DNA of 64,000 nucleotides, taken from positions 62,932,001 to 62,996,000 of the forward strand of contig NC_087436.1 of assembly GCF_036321535.1 (NCBI RefSeq). The letters are read 5' to 3'. Positions within the stretch are counted from its first letter, which is position 1. Every line of letters starts with the position of its first letter. Both the position numbers and the translations under genes were made by a program. The notes beneath the pieces were generated by a model. It searched no databases, was not told where the DNA came from, and worked only from the letters and a program-made list of their open reading frames with translations. The DNA is from Camelus dromedarius (taxonomy: Eukaryota). Below are positions 1-12,842 of this stretch, piece by piece.

Positions 1-699
1 ACATAATCTTTACTTAGAAACACTTTAATTTAAAATACATATTTTAAACAAATAGAACTGCATAATTTTCTTTCTTTAAAATTTATATATTTATTTATCA
101 TCACTAATTCACTCTAAATTTTCAAAAGGTTTTGTAGCAATATTTTAGATCAAATTTACCTAAATCATGTTTTTCTGTAAGTTATTTACTGAACAGCTTA
201 GAAAACAAGTCAAATGAGAGAGGTGTTAGATGACTTTTTCTCAATCTTAACATCCAGGTAAATTTACAAGAAGAACAAATTCTGTGAAAAACCAAGAGAG
301 CTCAAACCCAAGGCTTTTTTTTTTCCCCCAACATATGTGTGCCTGCTTTGCACAACGTCTTTCCGGTTTGAAAACCAGACCAATGTTCAAATCTCACCAA
401 ACAACTACAGCCACAAAACTCTCTTGACCGGGTTTTCATCAGCCTCAACTGAGGATCTGAGAAACACAAAGCAGATTGCTTTGCACTCAGAATTCTTGTT
501 CTTTAAAGTTTCTTTATCTATCCAGGGTCATCTTTGGATTTTTTTGCTCATTTAGAGCCCAGTATTACAAAACTCTCTGGTTTCAATTTTTGCTTACTTT
601 TTTCATCTGTTTCTGATCTCACTTTCATGAGGAAACCAAAATAATGGCTCCTCAATTTTTTTTTTAATGAAAAGAATTTTTTAAGTGTTTTTTCTCTTG

Positions 700-800
700 T
701 GATTGGAGCTCCCACTTTCGCCTGTTTCCACAGTCCGTGTCTTCTACGCTGATCGGCCTATAAAAACACCCTCCTCAACAAGAAAGTTTCCTTCGAAAGG
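700..800 (+). promoter_or_regulatory. candidate CCAAT/TATA core promoter
   Basis: ATTGG at 702-706, TATAAAA at 759-765, and a local CpG excess. Motif evidence only. Confidence 0.25.
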
Positions 801-2806
801 AATTTTGGTGCTAGCTGTGAAAACGATAATGCATTCACTTCTTTCTCGGTTCTGACCACTTGAACTCTAAAACTTTTTTGGAAGTTATTTAACACAGCTT
901 TAGCTTGCATGAAATGATTATTGAATAAAATGTTGCTGAGAAAATTAAGTGGAATAAGGAAGATTAAGTCTATGTCCTTTAGGTCTTCATAAACAGTTAC
1001 TTCCTTCCTGCTAATCTCCTGCCACTTCTCCTCATGCCCTGCTCCTAGCTATTAAAATCAATCTAGAGTGTGTCTTCATCTTTAAAATAAATGTTACACA
1101 ATACCACCAAGGTTCCTGTTATTTTTCAGTGTTGTTTTCTTATTTTTATATTTCCTGTTAGCTTTCACCCCAGTCTGTGGATATGCCTGATTTCATATAT
1201 AATATAACCTATTCTCACGGTAAAAATACACGAAAGTAAGGAGATCCTGTTCATTCTGTTTACATCCTGCACTCTTAAACCCTTGGAAAAAGAATCATAC
1301 CCTTAGTGAACAATTTTAGGTTACTCTGTTAAATTGACCATGCACTGCAATCATGCTGATAGTGTTTGCGAAGACTGGGATTTTATGTTTTTCACAAACA
1401 AAAATTATACTTTAGAAAGCTATAAGAAAAGGTCTTTGAAATAGTCAGTTAAAGTGAAGCTGTCTTATCAGGCTCACAATATTTATTGATTTTGGATTTT
1501 AGAAAAATTTGGACATATAATTAACACAATTGTAATTACAATCAAAAGAGTTGCCATCTTGTTTGCTATGAAAGTCCAGTGAAGTGACGAAATTTTTAAA
1601 CCTTATGCCTAGGTTTAGCCTCCTTTGTACTCCCTCTATCTATATTGCTATACCTTACTCATAGTAATTCATAAGTAAAAAAGCCATCTGAATTAAAGAT
1701 ATAATATAGTAAGAAGTCAGAAAAATGAAATATAAAAGACATATTATCAATTACATGCTGTGACTGCTGTATGAAAAGGAAATCTTTTCTGCTTGGAATC
1801 ACAAAAGGTGTTCAGATCCCCATCAAATTATCCTAAAATATGTGCCAGGGTGAGGACAAGATCCCTCATTATCATTCCACACCACTCAGAGGAGGGAGCT
1901 CAAGGGCACAGAGATTTAAAAAATGATAAAAAAGGAACAGATATGAACAATGTTTCTCATTTACCTGGAAAAATAATAATAGCATGACCCAGAGTTATGC
2001 AGAGTGTGGAAAGTGGGTGGCAATTTTATTTCAATATTTAGTATCCTGAGTGCATATCAAAGTGTTGACTTACCTTTCACCTTTAAGACAAAGACATGCT
2101 CTTACTTCAGACACAATTTTGAATCTCCAGATGCAATTCTGGATCTTACCAATCAGAGAAACTGTGATGACAGGTAAATGGAAACCTGAGATGAATTTTT
2201 TATTTCTACTTTTTCTTTTTCTTTTGCTAATATTAAACTGCTTCCATGTTTGATTTGGCTTTCATTTGAGACAGGTGGTTCTATACTCCACTCCAGCTCC
2301 AGGGGCATTTGGGATTCAGGAATGGTTAATCGAAACAGTTCATATCCTAAAATATAGTGATTAATGTAATAGAGTCTTTGGGGCGACTAGAGGGAGAACT
2401 TTTATTTATTTGTTTGTTTATTTTTGTTTGTTTAGTATCTCTGAAAGGAGAAATATTCTCAAAACAAGAGTTACTTCTGGAAAAAAAAAACAAAAAACAA
2501 AAAGCATGGCTTTGCCCACAAAAGTAAAGAACTAATGCTATGACTTTGTTTTTTGCACTTTTTTTTTTTTTTTTTGAGAGTCGATATTGCATCTCTGTCT
2601 GCTACTGCATTCTCTAGGACAACTGATTATGCAAAGCCTTAAGAGCCAATTGGAAGGATCATTTGCACTGAAGCATGCAACAGATACTCTTCCCTTGCCC
2701 TAGGGCTCACTCAAAACTGGCAAGTGAATTAGAAGATACTAGAGGTAGTATCTTATTTAGTAAGAACATATAGAAGACGTATACTTTTTCCTTCAATTTT
2801 GAGAAA

Positions 2807-2953
2807 GAAGGGAGCTATAAGCTCAGTAGTAGAGTACATGCCTAGCATGCATGAGGTCCTGGGTTGAATTCCCAGTACCTCCATTAAAAATAAATATATA
2901 AACCTAATTATCTCCTTCCTCCAAAATAAAGCCAAAATAATTGAAACGAAACA
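2807..2953 (+). mobile_element. tRNA-derived SINE, camelid Vic-1-like
   Basis: A-box-like AGCTCAGTAGTAGAG, B-box-like GGTTGAATTCC and the body AGTACCTCCATTAAAAATAAA..AAACCTAATTA. TSD AATTTTGAGA at 2795-2804 and 2954-2963. Confidence 0.9.
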
Positions 2954-3260
2954 AATTTTGAGAGAATATTACAAAACAGTCAGAGCGTACTGGGTAACAT
3001 AAGAATTTATTAGTGCAGTGGGTCTCTGTAAGTTCAAGTAATTTATCTTTAACCCTCTTTGCACATGTGTGACTACAAAGGCATTCAGTGTACCTACCAA
3101 TTTCTACGCTCTAGCTCTTTCTAGCTTAGTATTTTGAAAGTCATGAAATAGTGTAATATTTTTTGGAATAGTTATATGGTCAAGGTCCATGTGAGTAAAT
3201 TTTGGACGCTGCAAGGCATATTTCAGGCAAAAGCAAACCCCTTCTGAGGTAGATTGTTAC

Positions 3261-3879
3261 TGTAACTGAGCAGGCCTTCCCAGGACAGACCACCTACCTT
3301 GTCCTCCGCCTGCCTGCCTCTTGTCTGTAGAAAAACTTTAATCACCTAGGCCTTTCCCAAGTTCCAAAGAGTACATTTAATCAGAGAAGTGAGAAAATGC
3401 AAAAAGAGAGGAAAACAGTCAAGCAAGACAAAATAATATTAGTTTAGCCATTAAACATAGTCAAAGATCTTTTCTTCCTCCTCAAGGGCCTACATTCTGA
3501 GCCTTGTCCCTTCAACCATTTTGCGGAATCTGAAACCCCCACCATATGGAAGAAGTTAATTGCATGCCGCCTTCAAGCATGTACACCCCAGACTGGTTGG
3601 AACCAGAAGGTTGATGATGTTGACTCCCAATTACCTCATTATAAACCAATCAGATGAATGCCCACAAGCTGATCACGCAGCCACAACCCTACTCCCTCAT
3701 CCTGTCTTTAAAAATCTTTCCCTGAAAGCTTTCAGGGCGCTAGTCTTTTGAACACTAGCTATCTGCACTCCTTGCTTGGGCCCTGCAATAAACGCTGCAC
3801 TTTCCTTCACCACCACCCAATGTCAGTAGATTGGCTTTACTGTGCACAGGCAAGTGGACCCAAGTTTGGTTCGCTAACA
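3261..3879 (+). mobile_element. ERV1-like solo LTR
   Basis: Begins TGTAAC and ends TAACA. Perfect 4-bp TSD TTAC (3257-3260, 3880-3883). AATAAA at 3787-3792. Both ends are homologous to the LTR at 12320-12842. Confidence 0.9.
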
Positions 3880-4189
3880 TTACCAGAGGGGGTTGGAAAA
3901 AAGAAGTCTATTTCCAGAAGAATATATGAATTTCATGGGCTAGGAACTACATCATTTTGCTTTGGAATAACTGAATACTAGATGCTAGGGACTGGAATAA
4001 TTTGCTTAGCAAAAACGCCAATTTTGATTATAATTGTTACTTCTGATACTTTCCAGTATCTTCAGATTTGCACTTATTCTGCTGGCGAATTAAACAGAAA
4101 TGACATAGGAATCACTATCACATCTTTCAAGTTTTTGACAGTAGCTTAATTTCTGGAGTTTCCAAGGAGCCTAAATCGTATTTTGTTAC

Positions 4190-4340
4190 TGAGAAAAAAA
4201 TTTACACAGGATGAAATGCACAGATCTGATGCATTCAACTGATGAGTTTTTGCCAGTGTGTACACCCAAGCAATCATCACACCAAGTAAGATGTAAAATG
4301 TTTCATCTCCCAAGAAATTTCCTTCATGTTTCCTCTCAAT
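4190..4340 (-). mobile_element. ancient L1M 3' end fragment
   Basis: AAATGCACAGATCT...GTACACCCA...ATCTCCCAAGAAATTTCCTTCATG resembles L1M 3' termini in reverse. Confidence 0.6.
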
Positions 4341-7300
4341 TATATCTCTGAGCTACCATCTAGTATCCCACCTCAGAGTATAGCAAAATGTCTCTAGATA
4401 TGACAAGTCTTTTCTTTTTTAATGCCAGAATGTTTAATGCCAGAAATATCTTAACCCAATTCCTCAAATCTCCCTTATGTTCCCTCCCAGCCACACCCCA
4501 TTCCATATTCCCTTAGGAAAACTGAATGCTAATTTATTAGCCTTAATCAATGGTGCTTGTACTTAAAGAAGCAAATAACACAACAACATGTAACTTTCAG
4601 GAAATACCTTGTTTTATATTACAAATGCACAGTCTTCCAGTCTTTACTCAGGGTCCTGTTATTTAGCTATATGAGTTGATATTTCAGGGCCTCAGAATAA
4701 ATGCCATTGCAATCAATTGATCAGAACAAGCCACATGGTAGTCAGTTAAAATCTGACCCTAGTTTACCTCTGGGTAAAGCCTAGAGGATGGTAAAGAAAG
4801 CTGGTGGTAACATTCTGTCTCTGAAATAGACATGTTTGAAATAAATAGGGCAGCTCACGCAGGCTGAGTACAATAAAAAGGAATAGATCCACACAGGATA
4901 TATTTCTTAGATGAGATGATCATCCTGCATAAAAAAAATGTATCTATTCATAACTTCCCTTCTAACAAAGTATTCAGACATTTATTAACTATGCAGTGCT
5001 GAAACAATCAGGCTTACATTTCAATTAAATTCAATTTTGGGGGAGAAAAACTTCCCAAGGAGGACACATTTGGAGAAAATTTGAAATGCATTATGAATAA
5101 AAATTGAAAAAAATGAAAACACATTGAAATTTATACATTTATTTGATTCAACAAATATGTATTGATTCTCTACTTCTATGTGTGATTTTTTTATGTTAAT
5201 CTCACATGTTATAGCACATAAAAATATTATTGATATTTTGATTAGTCTATAATAGGTGATGTAGACAGACATTACTTATTTGGAATACTTCCTTTATTTC
5301 CTGTAGCAGAGGGGATAACTTCACCAAACATCCCATCTGTTTCTTACACATTTTCCAGGCCTGATGTAATTAAGCAGGGCCAAAGAACTGCTCTACCAAT
5401 GAGCTGTGCACAGAAGTGACTCGTGCTTTTCACCAAAGCACATAAAAGCCAGAGCGTAATACTCCCGTTCTCTCTTCCTCTAACTATACAACCGTTTGTA
5501 TATGGTACACACAACCTATGAGGTATATAATCTATGATATGTGACAGGCACCTAACACATGCCAACTCAATTTTTCTTAATGCTCAGTTGTGTTTCTCTC
5601 ACTCTCTTACAGACGAGAGCACTTCTTTAAAAATATTCTTATGTGAACGTCTCTGTCACAGGGCCTGTTTCCCAGGATACAGGATTAGGACAACAGATCT
5701 CTATGTTCACTGCCCACTTCTACACCTTTATCATGTGCCACTGTCCCTCTCAATCACAATACCCAAAGGCATCGTCTTCTGAAGGTTTAGTCTCTGGGGA
5801 TTGCTGATCGATGTTTGGTTTTTTTGCCCCAAACACTCTTTCTCTTTTCTTCACATCGCTGAAGCACTCTCAGCTTCCAGGATACATTGTGTTTTTCTCA
5901 CTGAGCCTTTCTGATCATCTTACACTTGCTCATAGTCCTTGCATGGCAGGAGGAATCTTTCTTGCTTACGTCAGAGCTCTAAAACTTTACCCATGGCTAC
6001 TTTCTTATTTGGATTATATATTTGTACTAAGTGAATTACTACTGTAACTATTAAACAAATTTTTTAATGAAACATACTCTATGTCATCCAACAGAGACAC
6101 TTTTGTGAGTGAAAGGGAGTTAAAAATTCTTTAAAATGTTACATTTTTTGGAAGAGTTTTGTAATGAGTAATAAATTCATAATTTATTCAAACACGATTT
6201 TAACAAACAAAATTCTTTATAATTAAAATAATGTGTACATTAAAGGAAACATATATTTACTAATCAAACATTAAAAATAACATAATGGAGTATAATAATT
6301 TTGGAGCATAGTCATTTACTAAATTTCTTAGTTGTATCTATCCCCAATACCATCTTGCCAACACCATACTGTTTCTCCGAAGGGTAATTTTTCAATATGT
6401 TCGTATTTATTTCATATAATTGCCTACAGTCTTACTCAAAGTTGAATTTTATGGTTACTAAATTTGGTATTATAGACATCATTAACTAAATTTTCTCTAC
6501 TGACAGTAATAGTTTTAACTGATAGATACTCTACAGCTATTGAGGTGAGTAAGCTCAGAGTATACCCTGTGAAATTAAAGATATACTTAATTCTAGTATT
6601 TTTGCATTTAAAGGTGTAAATGTTTCAGTCCAATTATTTATTTTCATAGATGTTCACCTTTGGCCTCCATTCAAAGTACCTTTCTTTAACAAGCATTCTT
6701 GTGAGACAAATCTTATAAATTCATTTTCTCTATAACTATTTCTATTTTGCTCAATTTAGATGCAGCATTAATAAGCTTTCTCAATTTCATTCAATTCTAT
6801 CACAGAATACAAATTTATCCATTTAGAAATATAAATTCCATCAAAATATTCTTACCAGAAGCTGAGACATTTCAAACTGCAATTTTGTAATTTTGAGTTA
6901 AATCCTGTATACTTTTTGAGTTCTCTATTGCATTTGTTTAGCTCCCTTGCTTTTCACAGATACATTATAATATCTGCCTGTTTGCATGACTCTCAATAAT
7001 TACTTTTCCCTAAAAGCACTGGAAACTGAATTATCCTTCAGCTGTATTTGCTGAATACTTTGATTAAATATTTCCAAATGTTTTTGAACAAAATACAATT
7101 GATATTCAAAGGATTCATTTACAAAAATTCAGTATCATTGTTTTCCACTTCGGTTGGTTTACAAAGTAACTCCTCAAATGGTGAAGAATTTCTTTCATGA
7201 AGTAATTTTTCAGTTGTATCTCCTTAGTCTTCTCCAATCTGTGACTGTTCCCAGTTATTCCTGGCCTTTCATGATCCTTGTATTTTTGAAGAGGACTAAT

Positions 7301-7738
7301 AAATTATTTGAAGAATGTCTCTCTGGATTTGTCTGATATTGTCTGATTAGATTAAAGTTCTGCACTTTTGACAAAAATACAGCAGAAGTTATGGTATGTC
7401 CTTTTCAGTGCAACGTAACAGATGGGCCATGATCTTGACATAAGTATTACAGGTGATACCAACCTTGAAAACTTCATAAAGTTGTTGTCTGCAGGGTTTC
7501 TCCATTGTAATGTTGCTATTATTCATTTTTTTATTAAAAATGCCTCAGGAGAGATGAATTAAAATGATGCAAGTATCCTATTTTTAAATTTTGCTTACAA
7601 TTTTATCATCTGTGGTTGGAGCATGCCTGCAGTAATTATTAATCTGGTATTTGCTTAATAGTGATTTTATGTTTGCCTCATTCCTTGTACATTTTTCATT
7701 TGAATTCTTTTCTAATGGAGAGCTGTCCCTTCCCTTCC

Positions 7739-7769
<31 letters not shown>

Positions 7770-7790
7770 TGTATGTATGTATGTATGTAT
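7739..7790. repeat. (ATGT)n microsatellite at the SINE tail
   Basis: About 12 tandem ATGT units. Confidence 0.95.
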
Positions 7791-7917
7791 TAATTTAATT
7801 TGGGGGGAGATAATTAGGTTTATTTTTATTTATTTTTTTAACGAAGGTACTAGGGATTGAAACCAGGACCTCATGCATGCTAAGCAGCAGCTCTACCACT
7901 GAGCTATGACCTCCCCC
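7791..7917 (-). mobile_element. tRNA-derived SINE, Vic-1-like
   Basis: The reverse complement reads GGGGGAGGTCATAGCTCAGTGGTAGAG...GAGGTCCTGGTTTCAATCCCTAGTACC...AAACCTAATTATCTCCCCCC. Confidence 0.9.
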
Positions 7918-9004
7918 ATATTTATTTATTATTCAGTTATTATTTTATGTAAATATGAACTCATGGATATTTGTTCTAGTGATTATAATTCAATACTAGC
8001 ATTATTTATTTTGTTGCTTAAATTATTCCAGCTTGGCCTTCAGGAGGTTCTTCATATTAGTTCCTTTGTCCTTTTGACATGATCTCACTCTTTCTGGAAC
8101 AATTCTGTGTTTCTGGCACCACAAAATATTCTTATCTTTTGTATTTTCACTAAAATAGCTCTGGAATCAAATACTTCTTTAAATAGCTCTGGTTCTTTTT
8201 CCTGGAGAATGGTACTTAGAAAACATGATCTGGACATTGGTTGTGCTCTTTGCTATATCATTGGTCCAAGGCCTTTTCTGTGGCTTTAGCATTGAAATAT
8301 ATGTGTATGAGTGTGTAGTGTGTATATATGTATATATTGTATATATATACATATACATATGTACACACAAAACTGCATATGCACACACCCATATTTCTAT
8401 GTCTATCAATCTATACAATTTAATTTTTATATATTTATTATTTAAAATATATGTATCTATGTGTCTGTTGTGCTAATATTTCTGATTCTAATTCAGCATC
8501 ACAGGGATTATTATAGCCTTCCTCCTTTAATTACTTATAATATTGTAAATAGTGAAAAGTATTTTAAGTAATACTTATATTTATGATTTTTCTCCACAGT
8601 CTCATAGTTCACATTATTTGCAATACATTTATGTATTCACTTATTCTTGTATATACATAATAGTTTCGGAATTGCCACTGCATATCCTGCAGACCACAAA
8701 TTTATGAACTAGAGTATGTTATATATGCTAATGAATTTTATTACACATATATTATAATTATGGGATATTATAAATTCTTAAATACACCTGCTACCAAGAA
8801 TTTCTAATAAGATATTATGCATCACTCTTCAGAAAAAAGACTAGAGAACAAACTGGTATGAAATGTAGACAGCTTGATGAATTTCTAGGTTCAACCACAT
8901 CTGTAAGCTGTTTTTTAGAAGAGGCCTGCTACATATTCAGCGACTCTTCTAAGAATACACACAAGTCATCTCTTGTCTGACCAATCAGGTTGAAAGCTAC
9001 CATT

Positions 9005-9310
9005 AAATATGAACTTATTTACAAAACAGAAACAGACACAGAAAACAAACTTATGGTTATTGTGGGAAGGAGGTGGGAATGGACAAATTGGGAGTTTGAG
9101 ACTTGCAGATGCTGACTACTATATATAAAATAGATAAACAATAAGTTTATACTGCATAGCACAGGGAACTATACCAAATGTCTTGTAGGGACCTATATTG
9201 AAAGAGAATATGAAAAAGAATATATGTGTATATGTATGACTCAACTATTATTCTGTAACCAGAAACTGATATACATTGTAAACTGACTATACTTCAATAA
9301 CTTAAAAAAA
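9005..9310 (+). mobile_element. L1 3' UTR fragment (artiodactyl-type)
   Basis: TACAAAACAGAAACAGAC..CTTATGGTTA..TAGCACAGGGAACTATA..CATTGTAAACTGACTATACTTCAAT followed by an A tail. Confidence 0.9.
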
Positions 9311-9341
9311 TTTTTTTTAAATAATAAATTTACCACAAGTG

Positions 9342-9489
9342 GCTGAGGGAAGGTATAGCTCAGTGGTAGAGCACATGCTTAGTATGCAAGAGGTCCTGGT
9401 TCAATCCCCAGTACCTCCATTAAAATGATTAAGTAAATAAACCTAATTACTGCCCCCTAAAAACAAACACATACTCAAAATAAAGTGTT
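9342..9489 (+). mobile_element. tRNA-derived SINE, Vic-1-like
   Basis: GGTATAGCTCAGTGGTAGAGC...GGTTCAATCCCCAGTACCTCC. Perfect 17-bp TSD TAAATTTACCACAAGTG (9325-9341, 9490-9506). Confidence 0.95.
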
Positions 9490-11289
9490 TAAATTTACCA
9501 CAAGTGTAAAAGAAAGAAAAACATATAACCATCACATAGAGAGTACTTACTATTTAGTTTATACTTATTCTTTCAAAATTATATTTCAATTCATTCAAGT
9601 TATGAGTATTAATACTTTTAATAGTACTGGACTGTAGTATTCCTAAATGGTAACAGTAAATAATAAGTAACAAATCACTCTTGCTTCTTGGCTCATTGTA
9701 CTAACATTAATCCTGGTGAATTATTTTTATATTATCAGTGGGAGGTGTAGGATATAATACTACCAATATGAAGAATGGATCATTTCCCTAGCAGTTCAGT
9801 GTTTTATAAATACCTCTCTTATAATTTTTGAAATCATTGCTATTCATGACATGAACATGCAACCAGAGGGAAGAAATTAATGTTAAATTCAATTGTTTAA
9901 TAGAATATTATAAATGTACTACATATTCAGAATAATGAATCTGAGTTATTGAAAACAATATCAATTCATTCGTCATCCTTCAAGTTTATCTTGTCCTCTA
10001 TAAAGCATTCTACAGTTTGTTTTTAACAATCTATTTTCCATTTCAATTCAAATTTTCACAAAGTGGAATTAGATACTAACTATAACATCTCTGGAATTAT
10101 ATTTTAATTGGTGTGTTGCTTCATATATGAAATAAATCTCATAATGTTGCTAATATTCAACATTGAAAAATAAAAATGTATTTACTTGTTCCATATGAAG
10201 AGGCTGTGTTTCAAAATATAAGGATCAACATACTACAAACATACACCTATTAACTGCAGTGTTAAAACACATCTTTCAACCTCTTTGTATATATATATTT
10301 TTTATTATCAAAGAAAATTATGTTCAAATATACTTTCAGGAATGGTGGCTACAGAAGAAACATCTGTTTTACTGTTTTTTTAAACAAGCTAGGAAATCAG
10401 TATAGTTTTTCAGGTAGAGTTAGAAAATGAAAGTCTGCATTCTAAATGTATGATTTGTCTTCCAAAAAAAGAAAAAATATATTTTAAACAATTTTCTAAT
10501 TCGGGATCTTATTTCAGTAATAAAATGGTCTTAGCATTTCATCAGTAGTGGTTTGGGATATTATAAGTAGTTTGTAAGGCCCATTTAATTTACAAATATT
10601 TTGATGGAAACTCATATATCATAAAACTGCCCTCTGCAACTGAAGAAGTAAATTTGTTTAGAATACTGCTTTGATGCTGGCAATTTAAACTACTTTTGTT
10701 TATGTACAAAATCAGTCACACAAATTAGGCAACCAGGAGAGACAACTAATTTATCCAAGTCTAATGCTAGAATGCTATGACAATGTTAATTTAGACCATT
10801 TGGCTCCAAAATACAGCCCAGAAGTAGATAAGCAATTCTTCTCCAATCGCTGACAAATACACTGATAATATCACCAATCCACTATTCCACTTAATGAGAA
10901 TAATGCAAAGTGTTAGACATACTTTTAATGATTAAGTAGGTGTAAATTTATATAGTCAATGTCTCATGAAACTTGAGCTATGTTTTTTTAAATTACATTA
11001 TCTTTTGCTATTTACATGATATTGATATATAAATTGAATATATATTATTGACATATAGAAAGGCATGTGGAGGACATTTTATAGTACATGGACATTTTAT
11101 AGTTTACCAAGATAAGAAATTTTAGTATTTCTCTGTACAGCTCTCATATTTAAAACATTAATATAAAAGAATTTCCATTTTTGTGACTGTTCAAAACTAG
11201 TTAAAAACAAACAAACAAAACTGCAGTTGAGAGTCATTAAACTGCCCTTAGAAACAATCTTTGGAAAACAACAGGGGCTTAATTGGTAA

Positions 11290-11535
11290 CAATAGGTACC
11301 ATTTATTTAACGTAACTTATGCTGAGCACAGAGAGAAACAAATTTTTCACAAATATTTCACTTATTCTCACAAGAACCCTTTGAAATAGGTAATATTATC
11401 ATCCTCATGCTATAGATGAAAGAGTTAAGTATAAGTGAAATCAAGTAATTTCTACTGGGTCACACAGCTAGCAAAGAGAATTATAATCCTGGTCTGCCAG
11501 ATTCCAGGGCCAGAGCTTTTACACACCATGCTGGT
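11290..11535 (-). mobile_element. MIR SINE
   Basis: ATTCTCACAAGAACCCTTTGAAATAGG..ATAGATGA..GGTCACACAGCTAG..CTGGTCTGCCAGATTCCAG matches the reverse MIR core. Confidence 0.85.
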
Positions 11536-12319
11536 GTATGGCACATTCTACTCAGAAAATCTGTCTTTATACCCTCCTTCTCAAAAATTTCAGTTTCTTA
11601 CAGTTGAGAATTAGTTTAAAAAATGGTAAATGATTCTATTTTACTTTGCAGAAAATAAATTGGAATATATAAAAAAATCAATTAAGTAAAATATGAAAGT
11701 CAGTGATTGAAAGCCAGATAGAAGTTAAAATTCTTTGGTTTGGTTAAATAGCACCACTCAACTATAAGGTATCCTGAAGTATCCTATGCCTGTCTAGGAT
11801 GAACCTTGGACAACACCATCCTTTGGAGAGCAGAACATCTATTTCTGGAGGCAGTGCTGCTCTGTTGAGTGTGTACAGATAGGAAGAAATAAGTCCTGTG
11901 CCACAGAATGTGGGTGGGGCATCCATTCAGAAACCTCCCACACATAAATTACAGCACAGTAAAATTACATAAACATCTATGACACATGGAGAGCTTAAAA
12001 ATATTATACTACACTAAATATAAATTTACCATCCACAAAACCAAAATTACTAGGAAGTTGATTTTAGATAAAACATGCATGAACTTCCAATTAATTTTAT
12101 TAAAATAAATCTATATGTTTTATAATATTCTATTTTGGAGAATATAATTACTTGCATTATTCCTGAAACTAAGTAATTAATATAGATACTGTCGTAATTC
12201 TGGGTGTTTTTAGGACCCGACATCCAAAAATGGCATACATTCTTTTCTCTAAGTGAAGAATAAGTATGATTTAGTCTTCAGTTTGAATAAAAGTACAACT
12301 CAAAATATTTGCAGGCTTT

Positions 12320-12842
12320 TGTTATTGAACCAAACTTGGGTCCTCTTGCCTGCCACACAGCAAAGCCAATCTACTGACATCAGGTTGTGGCAAAGGAAAA
12401 TAGTGTTCACTTCAGGGCCAAGCAAGGGAAACAGGCAGCTCATGCTCAAAAGATCCAAACTTCCTGATGGCTTTCAGAGAAGTGTGTTTAAAGACAAAGT
12501 GAGGGAGAAGGTGGTGGGGTATGTGAGCCGCTTGTGCACAATTTCCTGATCAGTGGGTGGTGAGGTAACCAGGTGAGGTCTAGGGGTCTGCATTATCAAC
12601 CCTTAGGCTCTAGTCAGTCCAGGGGTGGGGGGGAATGTGCTCATGATCATCACGCAGTTAGTGTTATTGTTTTGTCTTGCTTGACTCTTTTGTTTCTGCA
12701 TTTTCTCTCTTCTCTTACACTTGCTTTTTGGAACTCAGAGAAGGTCTAGGAGGTTAAAGCTTGTCTACGAACAAGAAGCAGGGTACGTGGGAGGAGGGAG
12801 GTTTGTCTCGGGGAAGGCTCCACAGGATCCTGCTCAGTTGCA
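12320..12842 (-). mobile_element. ERV1-like solo LTR related to 3261-3879
   Basis: The left end is the reverse complement of ...GTCAGTAGATTGGCTTT..GGACCCAAGTTTGGTTCAATAACA. The right end CCTGCTCAGTTGCA matches the reverse complement of TGTAACTGAGCAGG. The TSD is degenerate. Confidence 0.85.

Larger units (their letters stand above)
7200..8720 (-). mobile_element. ancient L1MC-like 3' UTR, interrupted by a SINE and simple repeats
   Basis: GATTTGTCTGATATT..GATTAGATT.., GTCTGCAGGGTTTCTCCATTGTAA, TTTTGTTGCTTAAATTATTCCAGCTTGGCC and GGAGAATGGTACTTAGAAA are typical of L1MC 3' ends. Confidence 0.7.

Noticed and set aside
2131..2173. 43-bp micro-exon (CTCCAG|...CAG|GTAAAT)
   Set aside because: The polypyrimidine tract is weak, the peptide is not recognisable, and such sites are expected by chance.
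9345..9420. tRNA gene
   Set aside because: The tRNA-like head continues into a SINE body and tail with TSDs. The same applies to the copies at 2807 and 7791.
3261..12842. Provirus bounded by two LTRs about 9.5 kb apart
   Set aside because: The LTRs are inverted and differ internally. The first has its own TSD. There is no PBS, gag or pol between them.
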